A stretch of DNA of 64,000 nucleotides, taken from positions 43,504-107,503 of the forward strand of contig RHPI01001020.1 of NCBI GenBank assembly GCA_009103225.1. Direction: 5' to 3'. The notes under the pieces were generated by a model that searched no databases, was not told where the DNA came from, and saw only the letters and a list, made by a program, of their open reading frames with translations. Every line of letters starts with the position of its first letter. Position 1 is the first letter of the stretch. This DNA is from Chlorokybus atmophyticus (Eukaryota > Plantae > Mesostigma and Chlorokybus algae). Made by a program: the position numbers and the translations under genes. Shown piece by piece: positions 36,918 through 48,847 of the stretch.

Positions 36918-37442
36918 TGTAATGGGAGCAATGTTAATAGGGGTATTATTGCTACCTAACTAACACATTTTGTATGAATAAGTATCTAAATATCCTTATT
37001 TATACCTCGTTTCTAACATTCCTCGCTTGTTAAAGGCTATAATGCTTTGTCATAGCTCAAATAAGTCCCAATGGATATAGAACCGCTTATTCAAGCCTAT
37101 TTAATGTCACATTTGATAAAATGTGGTGACCATCTCGTTAGGTACCTTACGATAGGTATCTTTCGATAGGTACCTTACCGCTAGGTACCTCATCTGAGCT
37201 GTAATTGTCTCACGCTAGATTTCGTAACTACCCTATCTGTAGGGTCGATGTCTAGTTGTGAGTTAAGTATCGAGAGGTATATTTGATATACTCTTAATAT
37301 AAAAGGTCACATTAAACTGATGTGAGGGACTTTTAGTCCTCTGCTCAGTGGCGGCCACGCCGCTGAAAGGCTTGTCATAGGCGGTGTGGGTGTTGGGGTA
37401 GAGGATTGAAGGGGCATCACCGGCGACGGTGGTGCTGTTACA
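36918..37442 (+). repeat. 5' LTR of the chromovirus (525 bp)
   Basis: tgtaatgggagc...gttaca, followed by the PBS. Confidence 0.93.
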
Positions 37443-39519
37443 TTGGTATCCAGGAGCTGGGGGGTGACGTGGGTACTTGTAGGGGGCGGCGACCTGCTTT
37501 CGGCCAATTGAAGGCGTCGGCGGCGGCCTCTTATTCGTCCACGCAGCCCAAGCTTCAAGTTAGCTTCCCTGAGCTACCTCCACATTGAAGCCACCCAGCA
37601 AAGAGGCGGCTTCTCCATGTGTGAGGTACCATCACACACGTCGGTGACTTGCCTGCTGCTTGCCAGCTGCTTGCCAGGTGCACGTGTGTATTTTCATGCA
37701 CATCATTCAGTGACTTGCCAGTGCATAAGTGCGGCTTGCTGGTGTGCCATCATTGCTTGTTACACTTAGTGCACTATCATTGCTTGCAATGATTGCCTGT
37801 TATTGTGCTTGCCAGTGCATGTCACAGTTAGTCACTATACGGCTTGCCTGTTGCATGCATGTGGCTTGCATGTTGCATGCCTGTGACGTACCTGTGACCT
37901 GCCAGCTGCTTTTCTGGGTTGCTTGACCCGGGTCCGCAAGTTCCGAACCAAGCTGTTCTCAAACCCTCCCCTCTGGCTTTGGCCTGGAGATCGGGACTTG
38001 GTAAGGACAGTTTTGGTGAAGTTCTAGGACACTCTGTTCCCAAACTCTGTTAGTCTAAAACCCTCCCCCTCTGGCTTCGGCCTGGAGATTGGGACTTGGT
38101 TGAGGTCAACACAGGGTTGGGACATTCTGGTCCCATTCAGACTTGTTCTGTTTGGTAACACTCCAGATCCAACCTTTCTCATCTCTGAGACTGAGCTGGA
38201 CTTTGTTTGGAGATTTTACAACTTGGGGTCTTATTGATCCTCTCGTTGAACTTGGTCCATTGGTGAGGTTCTCACCATTCCATTTTGCCTATTTTGCAGA
38301 CAAATGGAAGAGAACTCGATGCCCACCTCAAAAGAGGAAAGCTCGCAAAAAGAGCAATTATCCCGTGAGGAGGAGTTTCCATTTATGGAGGATATTTCCA
38401 ACGCGGATGATGCACCTGATGAGTTTCATGCTGCTAAGGATGTGAATGGCTTGGTGGAACCAGACGGGCCACCACCACTACCATTATTTGTGCAGCCTGA
38501 AATCTTAATTTGCTTGACAAAACAGGAATTGATGAACCACTTTCTTGACACCTATGATGAGAAGCCTCGTGAGGCGGTTGTCTCGCTCGTCAACTTCCTC
38601 TTTCATGTGGCGAAAAAGATCTCAAAGCTCACCACCTTTATGGGGCGAGGTTGGGAGGGATCGATGGGTGAAGGCAAACGTGTTCTGAACATGATCGAGC
38701 GCTTTCAACGCTCTGACAGTGGCCCACCTGTTCATGCGCAAACTCGTCCTACCGAGTTTGTTCCCAACAAGCAAGCGGCAATTTTTGACTAGCTCGTGAA
38801 GCTGAGGCACTATGTCAACTCCCTTCACATTTCTGAGGAGGGGAAGTTGCGTGTAGCTGAGTTGCTGATTTCAAACGATGCTCTGGCAGAGTGGTACCGC
38901 CGTAAGTAACGTGATACGAACCTCGGGCGGGAAGTGAATCAGTTGCGCTCTTTCATGGAGCAGCGCTATGGTGACGCAGACCCTGCCTAGGTTGCTCGCA
39001 ACCAGCTGCACAATCTGCGTCAGAACGGGCGTCCGACTCAGCAGTATATCCAGGACTTCCAGTCTTTTGTCAGCAAGATTAATGCTGGCAAACTACCCAT
39101 CAGTGATGCTGATCAGCTGGATATGTTCAGGCGTGGCTTGAACACAGATCTCGTGCAGCATGTGGCCGTCAACCCCGCGAGTTGGCAAGAGCGGGCCTCG
39201 ACGGATTTACCAATGCTGATGCAGATGGTTGTTGCTGTAGACAGTGTGAAGCGCTCTCACGCAAACATGCAAACCACAGCAAAAGAGGCAGCCCCGGCTT
39301 CAGCTGCAAAGCGCCCGGCCACTGAGAACAAACCTTTTGTGAAAAGGGCGAAAACATCTCAGCCTGCTGGCCCCTACAACGCGCCAAATCCACCATCACT
39401 TGCAACTTCTGCAGGAAGACAGGTCATGGGGAGGCCAAGTGCTATGCAAAGCAGAATGCATAGAAGGCCAAACAGCAGAAGGACAAGAAATAGGAATTGT
39501 CCGTGGTTGGTAGTTTGGT

Positions 39520-39820
39520 CGAGCAACGACTTTAACGACTTTAAAAACTCTGTACTTCTTGATAAAGTTTCTCCTCTTTGTAGTGTATCAGATGTATGGA
39601 TTGACATGAGCACACCACCTGTGTTGACAAATGCAAACGGTTGCGTTTTAATCAATGTTCTATTCTTTGAATTGGTAACTGCTGTTAAGCACTTACACGA
39701 GTTGCAAATACAACATGCTGTCACTGCATGTGTAGTTATCCCTCGATATCATGGCCCGTGGTCGCGATTGTTGAAAGGGGAGAAGTAATTATGCAACTCT
39801 CACGCAAAAATACAGGTACT
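39520..39820 (+). pseudogene. Possible degenerate N6-adenine (Dam-like) methyltransferase module between gag and protease
   Basis: VLINVLFF..VKHL....TACVVIPRY..PW..LL resembles the VWxNPPF...a.vvP.W...W..l pattern of phage/DIRS-type Dam domains; the catalytic NPPF reads NVLF. Recognised from memory only. Confidence 0.4.
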
Positions 39821-42800
39821 TCACCATCACAAGTGATCGTTATCAAGCCTGCTACCAATCACGGCATTCCGACATTAGCTACACTTGATGGTCACTCAGT
39901 GCCACTCAAATGGAGATTTGAGAGTAAACTTATGGGCACACCATGTACAGCATTGATTGATATTGTTGCAAACCATAACTTTGTTGAGCATGCTTGGGTG
40001 AAACGTAACAACATACCTTGAACACCGGTCACGTCGTATGTACGTGCTGCTGGTTCCGCCCTTAATTTACTTGGGGAGGTGAAGGAGCGTTTTGTTATTA
40101 ACAACCACAAGACTCGACCAGCTTTTATCGTGGTGGATTTAGGTATCCCCGGGGTGGATGTTGTTTTGAATGAACAGTGGCACACCGAAGCAGGTTTGCA
40201 ATTGGACTCTCGAGCAAATACATGCACCCTTCGTAGGGGTAAACGTAAGGTGACGTTAACCGCACATGTACTCGCACGTGTTGCTCGTGAGAATGTTCCG
40301 CTCCTCTCTACTATGCAACTGAACCGTTGCATGCGTAAACGTGGAAAAAGTATATTTGATGCACTTACGACAGGTAGAGACACTTGTTTAACAGGCCGTA
40401 ACTGACCCTGTGGTGCAATCACTGACGGAACAATACCCAGATGTATTTCAGGATGAACTCCCAGAGTTGCCTCCTGATAGAAACATACATCATACCATTC
40501 CGTTGGAGGAGGGGGCAAAGCCACCTTGGCGGCCTATCTAAAGGCTCAGTCCCTTGAAACACGTGGAAATGGAAAAATAGCTCAAAGATTCATTCGACAA
40601 AGGTTTGATAACAAAGAGCATATCTCCTTTTTGTGCACTAATTTTGTTTGTGCCCAAAAAGAATGGCAAGCTACACATGTGTATTGATTGCCGTGCGTTG
40701 AACAAGGTAACCATGAAAAACAGATACCCTTTGCCTCGGATTGATGATTTGTTTGATAAGCTGTCAGGTGCAACAGTGTTCAGCACACTGGATTTGACAA
40801 ATGGTTATCATCAAATTAAAATCTACCCGTCAGATATACAAAAACCTGCATTTCGCACCCGACTAGGACAATTGGAGTATAAAGTGTTACCATTTGGGTT
40901 AACAAATGCACCAGCTACATTTCAGACAGCAATGAACGCGGTATTTGCTGATGAATTGTACAAGTTTAGGTATATCTTGACGACATTATTGTGTTCAGCA
41001 AAACCCGGGAGGAACACCACAAGCATGTGGAATTGGTTCCAGCTAAGTTACGCGAACACAAATCTTATGCCAACCTATCCAAATGCAACTTTGCAAAGGA
41101 TGAACTGCCTTTTTTAGGGCATGTGATTGGCAAAGAAAGATTGAAACCAGATCCCCAAAAGGTGTGTGCGGGGAAGGATTGGCCACCACCCAAGGATGTA
41201 CATCAGTTACGTGCTTTCTTGGGGCTAGCCAATTATTTTTGCAAGTTCGTGCGAGCATATTCTAGCATGGCAAATCCTTTAACATCTTTACTAAGAAAGG
41301 ATGTAAAACTTGTGTGGACGGAGGCACACGAGGTTGCTTTTACACGCATTAAAGATGCATTAACACAAGCCCCCTGTGTTGGCCTTCCCCGACCACACCA
41401 AGCCTTTTGTGGTGATCAGTGATGCTTCCACCATTGGGTGTGGGGCAGTCCTTCTACGGGATGACAGGCCATGTGCATATGAAAGCAAAAAGTTCATTCC
41501 TGCTGAACGTAATTACACAACCACTGAGCAGGAATTGCTCGGGGTGGTGCACGCACTGCGCACATGGCGTTGCTACTTGGAAGGTGTGGAGTTTTCAGTG
41601 ATTATTGATCACAACCCGCTCACATTCTTTCATACGCAACAAAACCTGTCGAGGCGGCAAGCTAGGTGGAATGAATTCATTTCTCGTTTCACTTTCACTT
41701 GGCAATACTGTCCGGGTCGCACCAATGTGGCGGATCCACTAAGGCGTAGCCCTGCTCTTTTGGCACTTACGCGCTCTCGAAGTACGCGTAATGTACAACA
41801 GCCTGAAGATCCTATTCAAAAGGAAGTGTCCACAGGTTATAACTCAGATGATTGGTTTAGCAGTCAAACTAACTTGCAACACTTTACTGGTGTTAGCAAT
41901 CTGTGGTATAAAGGGGAGCAGCTGGCAATTCCCAACTCGGGCGACTTGCGTAAGCAATGCTTACATTCGGTGCATGACCCGCCGTATGCTGGGCATTTGG
42001 GGAAACATAAAACACTCAAAGCTGCGCAACAGTTATATTGGTGGCCGTTAATGTCAGCTGATGTGGATCAATATGTTCGCACATGTGGCGTGTGTCAGCG
42101 TAATAAGCCACTACGACTAAAACAAGCGGGATTGCTTAAACCATTGGTAATTCCAAAAAAAAGTGGGATAGTGTCAGTATGGATTTGATTACTGACCTAC
42201 CTGAAACAACAGCCAAATACACTGCTATTGTGGTTTTTGTCGACCGTTTGACCAAAATGGTGCATTTTGCCCAGTGTTGCACAACTGTGAGTGCACGGGA
42301 TTTAGCACATTTATTTGTGCCTACGGTCTTTCGAGTTCATGGTGTATCGCGTGAGCTTATCACAGATTGTAATCCTCGGTTTGTCTCCAAGTTTTAGAGA
42401 GAAGTTTGTGAATTGTTGGGGGTAAAACAAAGCATGTCAACTGCTTTCCAATCGCAAACAGACGGACAAACTGAGCGAGCAAATTAATACTGGAAGAAAT
42501 GCTTCGCCACTATGTGGCTCATAACCGTGCTGATTGGGATAGGTACTTGCCAATGGCAGAGTTCGCTGTGAACAACGCGTGGCAGGAAAGTGTAAAGGAA
42601 ACCCCATTTTTCTTGAATTATGGGATTCGCCCGAACACATCAGCGTCATTGCGTGTACCTCGCAATGCCCTAACTGTACCAGCGGCAAAGGAATTTGCCA
42701 CTGATATGCAGGAAAATTTAGCTCGAGCCAAGCTATGTCTGTCAGGAGCACAGGACAGGCAAAAAGCTTATGCCAATACACATCGAAAAATGGCCACTTT

Positions 42801-43374
42801 CGATGTCGGCGATAAAGTTTTGCATAACGCAAAGAACATAACCATCAAAGGTACTCGTGCTCGCAAGTTGCTGCCCCGATGGTTAGGTCCTTTCTCTATC
42901 ACTCATAGGGTTGGTACGCACGCTTATCGACTGCAATTGCCCCCAAGTGTGCGTATACACAACGTGTTCCATGTGAACTTGAAACCCTACCGCTCAGACG
43001 GTAGAACACAGCCTCCACCATCGCCAGTTGAGGTGGACAGCGAGCTCGAATACGAGGTAGAAGCTATATTGAACCATAAGCTAAATAGTCGAGGACGCGC
43101 AACTTGCTATTTGGTGAAATGGAAAGGGTATGGCCAAGAACATAAAAGTTGGAAGCCCGACAGGCATCTTACGCATTGCCGCGAGTTGCTTCGAGCTTAT
43201 TGGGATTCACCCTGTCACGTAAACTGTGGGCTTGGTTTTATGACAGACTGGCAGTGCAATTTCATTACCACCCTGTCATTTCCTGCTATCTCACTAGTTA
43301 CATTTATACAAAACGAAGCTTGATCAACTTGAGTTCAACGAGAATGTTGAAAACCTAAGTGGGGGGGGGGGGAA

Positions 43375-43893
43375 TGTAATGGGAGCAATCATAATAGGGG
43401 TATTATTGCTACCTAAATAACACATTTTGTGTGAATAGATATTTAAACATGCTTATTTATACCTCTTTTCTACGGTTCCTCGCTTATTAAAAGCTATAAT
43501 GCTTTATCATAGTGTAAATAAGTCCCAATGGGTGTAGAACCGCTTATTCAAGCCTATTTAATGTCAAATTTGATAAAATGTTGTCACTATCTCGATAGGT
43601 ACCTTACGATAGGTATCTTTCGACAGGTACCTTATTGATAGGTTCCTTATCTGAGCTGTGATTGGCTCACGCTACATTTCGTAACTACCCCATCTGTAGG
43701 GTCGATGTCTAGTTGTGAGTTAATTATCGAGAGGTATACATTTGATATACTCTTAATATAAAAGGTCACATCAAACTGATGTGAGGGACTTTCAGTTCTC
43801 TGCTCAGTGGCGGCCACGCCGCTGAAAAGCTTGTCATAGGCGGTGTGGGTGTTGGGTTAGAGGATTGAAGGGGCATCGCCGGCGACGGTTACA
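43375..43893 (+). repeat. 3' LTR of the chromovirus (519 bp)
   Basis: Preceded by the poly-G PPT; roughly 10% divergent from the 5' LTR by eye count over the first ~225 bp. Confidence 0.93.
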
Positions 43894-44696
43894 TCATCCG
43901 ACACAATAGTAGCCACTGTGTACGCGGCACACTCTCTTGACGGGTGGGTACAGGTACACTACCAAATGTCACAGTCGGTACACAGTGTTACACTGGGTAG
44001 TACAGACTGCAGTCTACAGTCTACCCCCCTTAGAAGACTTCGGTTTAAGAGAATAACCCTGTCAACATCATAGATTTGCAAACGACAAATGGTTTTACAC
44101 GCAAATATCACTAGATAGTGGAATAGTCTTGTCCGTAATAAGACTAACGCAAGGGCCTAAAATCTGAAAAAGGCTCAGTGTTGTAACGGGGGAATACCTC
44201 GCTCATGGCATACAGATTTCTTATTATTAGCATAAGTATGTTACGAAACGCATATATAGTTTCATATATAATAGGTTTGATGATGACTATTTATCAAATC
44301 TCATTGTGCCACTGACATATGCTTATAATGACGTAGCTTACGGTTATTACACAATACTCATGTTAGTGGAATATACATTTTGTAATAATACAAGAATATA
44401 TACTCTTAGTTAGCGCAAAAAGAATACCCCCGTTTTTGAAATGCAAAGCTAAAAGATAAACGTGATTCTTATATCGGGGGTTGGATGTATTGTTGTTGCT
44501 TCTTATACGCGTTTGCACATTGTGTGCACACGATTTCTTATGCTAGTTTAATGTTGCAGAATCCTTGTATCGTGTTTGAATAATAAACAACCAAGGACAA
44601 GCCACAAAATAGTATGAATGCCATTGATGATGGTCCATTACTACCATGGACCATTATCAATGGCATTCATACCACCATTACTAATGATGGTATGAC

Positions 44697-47600
44697 CAGT
44701 GTGGGTGGTACACAGCTCGGACCATTGGTACGTGGTACAGGGTTCAGGGTACACGTGGTACATAAGGGTACACGTGGTACACGCGTTTTTTGACTGTTTT
44801 AGTAGCAGAGTGCATGATTTTGCGCTTATAGCGTGTATAATGAGTTGATTGACACTGTTTGGGGTTGACATGCAAGCTCGTTTGATGCATATAATGTGTA
44901 AATGACACTTGCACAAGAACGCACCATATACTTGCCTACAAGTGTACGCCTAATCAATACTATTGAACCTACTCAACATGGCGACCTTGTCGAAGCTATT
45001 GCTGCCGACATGTGCACCAATGCGCACATTGTTGCCTGCCTGCAATGTGGGAACATACCCTGGCGTTAGAGTCGGGTGATCCAACACAAAGCTATCAAGG
45101 AATGCACTGTCCAAGTCTGTGGTGTACTCAGCAAACTCAGTATCATCAATTCCTTTGCACATCTCATTCAGAGCTGACTCTAGCTCATCAGCGTTGGCTG
45201 CATCTTCAGGGTCATCATCTTCAATTAGAGCAGACTGTGCCCATGCACCATCGTCGGATGTGCCAGTCGTGGGTGCTGCTGCTGGCTTCGCAACTCTGCA
45301 AGCATAACACTTACTTACAACTCCCCATTACATGCATGATGCATAGCACTATCTCAAGCACTTCTCACTTGGGAACAAGGCGTTCATGATGCATCTTGAT
45401 TGTCGTCAACATGCCAGTGGTTTCAGCTTTCAAGCGATTCCTTTTATCGTTGTGGAACCATCCCATGAGGGAGAATGTTCTTTCTGGAGCAGCTGCATGA
45501 GGCACGATGTCATGTAACACTAGTGCCAAAGTGATGATCTCTAATGGTTCAGAGTCAATACTCTGCCACCAGGCCTTGTGGTTGAAGGTTGCGCCTGCAC
45601 ATGGCATGTTGAAAGGGTGCAGAGAGTTCTTGTACTCTTGCATATGACCAAGCAGACGCTGGCACTCTTGCTCGCTATGTCCTCTCTTTTGCATCACATC
45701 CAGAGCCTGCCATGTGCCATGCAATGTGCGAGTGAGAGACGCGAGCTTGAACAGAACAGTGACTGTGATACACGCGTGCGCACGCGCATGTCAAGCCATT
45801 CACGTGCATACCGTTGAAAGCAATTGTTGAAACTTGCCGCGCGTGTCTGCTGCTCCTTTAAACCTCGGGTCCAGGAACAAAGCCAGCCTTGAAAGCGACG
45901 TATCCATCTCCTTCACGCGCGTGTTGAACGCGCTGATCAGGTGTTCCTTGAAATCAGCTGCACACACACATGTGTTAGGCTTTGCATATGGATCCCTGCC
46001 TTCAAGTGTAGACAATGCATGCATGTACATGCACCAAGACAGTGCTGCTACCTTCAAGCGCACGTGATTGAGCTTTAATCTCCTTGGCAAGATACAACCA
46101 GTAGCGCGTGACGTCGGCCAATGTTGCTGTCTCTGCTTGAATGGCCATGATAATTTCAGAGAAAGGTTGCAGCAACTTGACAATGATAGCGAGCTTGAAC
46201 CAGAACTCCCTATCACTAAGGATGCGCAACACGGGTTTGGACTTGATGTCTACAGCATAGCGCCTCTGAACTAGCTGCAACGCAGGCTCCATGCGCAGCA
46301 CCGATTCCAAACACTTGTGCACGGAGGTGAACCTTGTCTTGTTGGATGACAACAAGGTTCCTGGAATGTCTTGGGCTCTCGCCGCCTCTAGTAACAAAGC
46401 TAATGGCCTATGAGATGCTCTGAAGTATGTAACAATCTTTTGTGCCTCGGTGATAGTCTGCTTGGCCCATGGATGGGATGCGCATGAACCCATGGCCAAG
46501 TAGAAACCATGCATGTAACACCTGTAGGAAAGAGAACCAAGTGCATACACAGCCAGCAACAAGTGAGAGTGATGCAAGACATGTGTGCTTACCTCAACTC
46601 AAGGATGTGCGTGTAGCCGCTCTGCGCGACAAGAAGTCTCCGCGCTTTGACCATGTTGGCAGCGTTGTCGGTGACCAACGCCACAATCTTGGTGGCACCT
46701 ATGGCATCAATGCACTCTCGGAAAACACCTGCATGCACCCAACCACTCTTCAACAACACAACATAGCCAAGTAACAGTGCCAGCAACAACAATGCATGCA
46801 TGTCACCTGCTATGTAGTCAGAGGTGTGGGTCTCTTTTGAAAGCACCAGCACGCGCAGCAAGTGCGTGCTGCGGTTGGCGAAGATCACATTGCAAGCATA
46901 GACAGACTCGTTGTTGATATTGCTCCACCCATCAATTGTGATTGTCACTGTTGTCTCATGCTTGAGACGCTCGTTGAAAGCATGCACAACGTGTGCATGC
47001 TCTTGATTCAACAGATACATGCGCAACTTGGAGTAGCCTGTAACATGAGTAGCTGGGTGGTCATGACATGCACAAGCTCAACTACGCAACCGATACTCTG
47101 CATGTCACTTACCAGGAGGCATGTAGCGTGGGCGCAATGTTTGAATCAAAGACAACCAGAATGGGCTTTCAGCAACACGGAATGGAATGTTGTTCATAAC
47201 AAAGAACAATAGCACTTTCAGATCAAGCTCTTTCTCTAAAGCTGGTTGAAGAGCAGCACCCTCAAAGTGATGTGTGAGCTCCTGCTGCTCCTTGGCACGT
47301 TTGCGTGGTTGAGTAACAGGTGTGCTAAGATCAACTCTAGTTGATGCAATCAACTGTACAAGGTTGTTGCGAAGGCCGGCAGGGACACTGCGACACTCTG
47401 TGGTAATGTGTCGTTGCAGGGCAGGGATGCGAGCATCGTTGTACTTGCGCTTACAGTAAATGCACTTAGCCCCATCTCTTCTACTAGCCAAACCATCTCT
47501 ACCATGCAACACTTCAAAGCACTGCCAAACAGAATTGCGAGGTGGTCGCCCTCGTTTCTCTGGTATGCTGACACTCACCATGCCAGCTACATCATCTATA

Positions 47601-47966
47601 TCATCTACATCATCGTCACTCATCGTGCTTGCTGCTGGCTTGCCGCCAGGCCAGCACTGCACTTACTTGTTGAGCACAGCGGCGGCGCCGCAGTCAACCT
47701 CACGCTTCTTGTTCACAGCAGCATACCCTTGTCAAGGAGCCCTTGACCACCATGTATGTCAAGCCCATGCACAGCTACCTCCTCGCCGCCGTTGCTGCTG
47801 CGCTTCAGCTGCCCAAGTTAGGGTTACACAGCCTAACTCGCGTCGCAGCTAACCCTAATTTTGCGTCATGTACCATCGCGGTACACGATGGCTGCTTGGT
47901 ACACTGGGTACGTACCTTGTGTACCTGTACCAATGGTACACTCTGGCCAGTGTACCACCCACACTG
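44697..47966 (-). mobile_element. hAT DNA transposon, apparently autonomous
   Basis: 17-bp perfect TIRs cagtgtgggtggtacac (44697) / gtgtaccacccacactg (47950-47966); perfect 8-bp TSD ggtatgac (44689-44696 and 47967-47974); ggtaca subterminal repeats at both ends. Confidence 0.97.
44950..47623 (-). CDS. hAT transposase with BED zinc finger, interrupted by spliceosomal introns
   Basis: VWQCF..AKCIYC..LQRHIT (BED), TIDGWS, VTDNAANM, RCYMH, TRF, LALFLDPRF, AWW..PERTFS (dimerisation domain). No stops seen in the inferred exons. Confidence 0.9.
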
Positions 47967-48058
47967 GGTATGACCCCGTTATGCTACAATAGCTCACTTC
48001 TATTGTAAGCTATGCTCACTTTGAGCAATGCAATCACGTGCAAACACACAACTGCCAC

Positions 48059-48495
48059 CTGTCATCAGGTAGTAATATACAATAACTCTGCAGCAGCCCC
48101 ACCAATAATGTTCACCATCTCATCTAATGTTGGCACGCACAAACTCCAATCTTCGTTTTGTACCACTGTGCCACTTTCGGGGGTCCAAGGTACAGTACTG
48201 TCACACTAATGTACCTGATCACAATGGATCATTATTGGGGGTGCACCGCATACACGGGTAGCCAATCCCTATACAGAACTGTCATCAGGTAGTAATATAC
48301 AATAACTCTGCAGCAGCCCCACCAATAATGTTCACCATCTCATCTAATGTTGGCACGCACAAACTCCAATCTTCGTTTTGTACCACTGTGCCACTTTCGG
48401 GGGTCCAAGGTACAGTACTGTCACACTAATGTACCTGATCACAATGGATCATTATTGGGGGTGCACCGCATACACGGGTAGCCAATCCCTATACA
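48059..48495. repeat. 217-bp direct tandem duplication (period 220, 3-bp spacer)
   Basis: 48059-48275 is repeated at 48279-48495; no mismatch seen by eye. Confidence 0.9.
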
Positions 48496-48847
48496 TGCAA
48501 ATCCCCCCCTGCATTTCTTTCTTTACGCGTTTTCCTCCTATATACATAGATGTGTGTTTTTTTACCAAAGTGGTCTATGCATACAATGTGCGCATCTGCG
48601 CACCGGCTCTTGGCTATGCTGAAATCTCGGCTTGCCACATAAGCCAGGCACAACCTCGCATTGCATACTCTGTACATTTGCGCTGGTTGTGTAACAACAG
48701 AGATACAAGCGGTTGATTGTCTACCCTACCACATTGCTACATATAGCTAACCATAATGACCACACATTGTAGGGAGCGACACACAATTGCCAGACAAGCC
48801 CAGTGTGGTGGAGTCAATGACTCGCTGCGTGTCCTTCATCTCTCACT

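Larger units (their letters stand above)
36918..43893 (+). mobile_element. Full-length decayed Ty3/gypsy chromovirus (LTR-gag-PR-RT-RH-IN-chromodomain-LTR)
   Basis: TG..CA LTRs; near-TSD gcatc/tcatc; PBS-like tggtatc at 37444; poly-G PPT at about 43360; zinc knuckle CNFCRKTGHGEAKC (39401); RT ([24 protein letters not shown]); RNase H (SDAS..EQELL); IN (H..GH..C..C, WLGPF); chromodomain YEVEAIL..YLVKWKGY. Multiple frameshifts and stops. Confidence 0.95.

Noticed and set aside
39526-39550. TTTAAAAAC slippery site as a gag-pol frameshift signal
   Set aside because: It lies downstream of the apparent gag stop (39491), and the region has too many indels to infer the original frames.
43914-43990. 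Mini inverted-repeat element (cactgtgtac/gtacacagtg)
   Set aside because: Only about 10 bp of inverted match and no TSD; may be chance or an unrecognisable relic.
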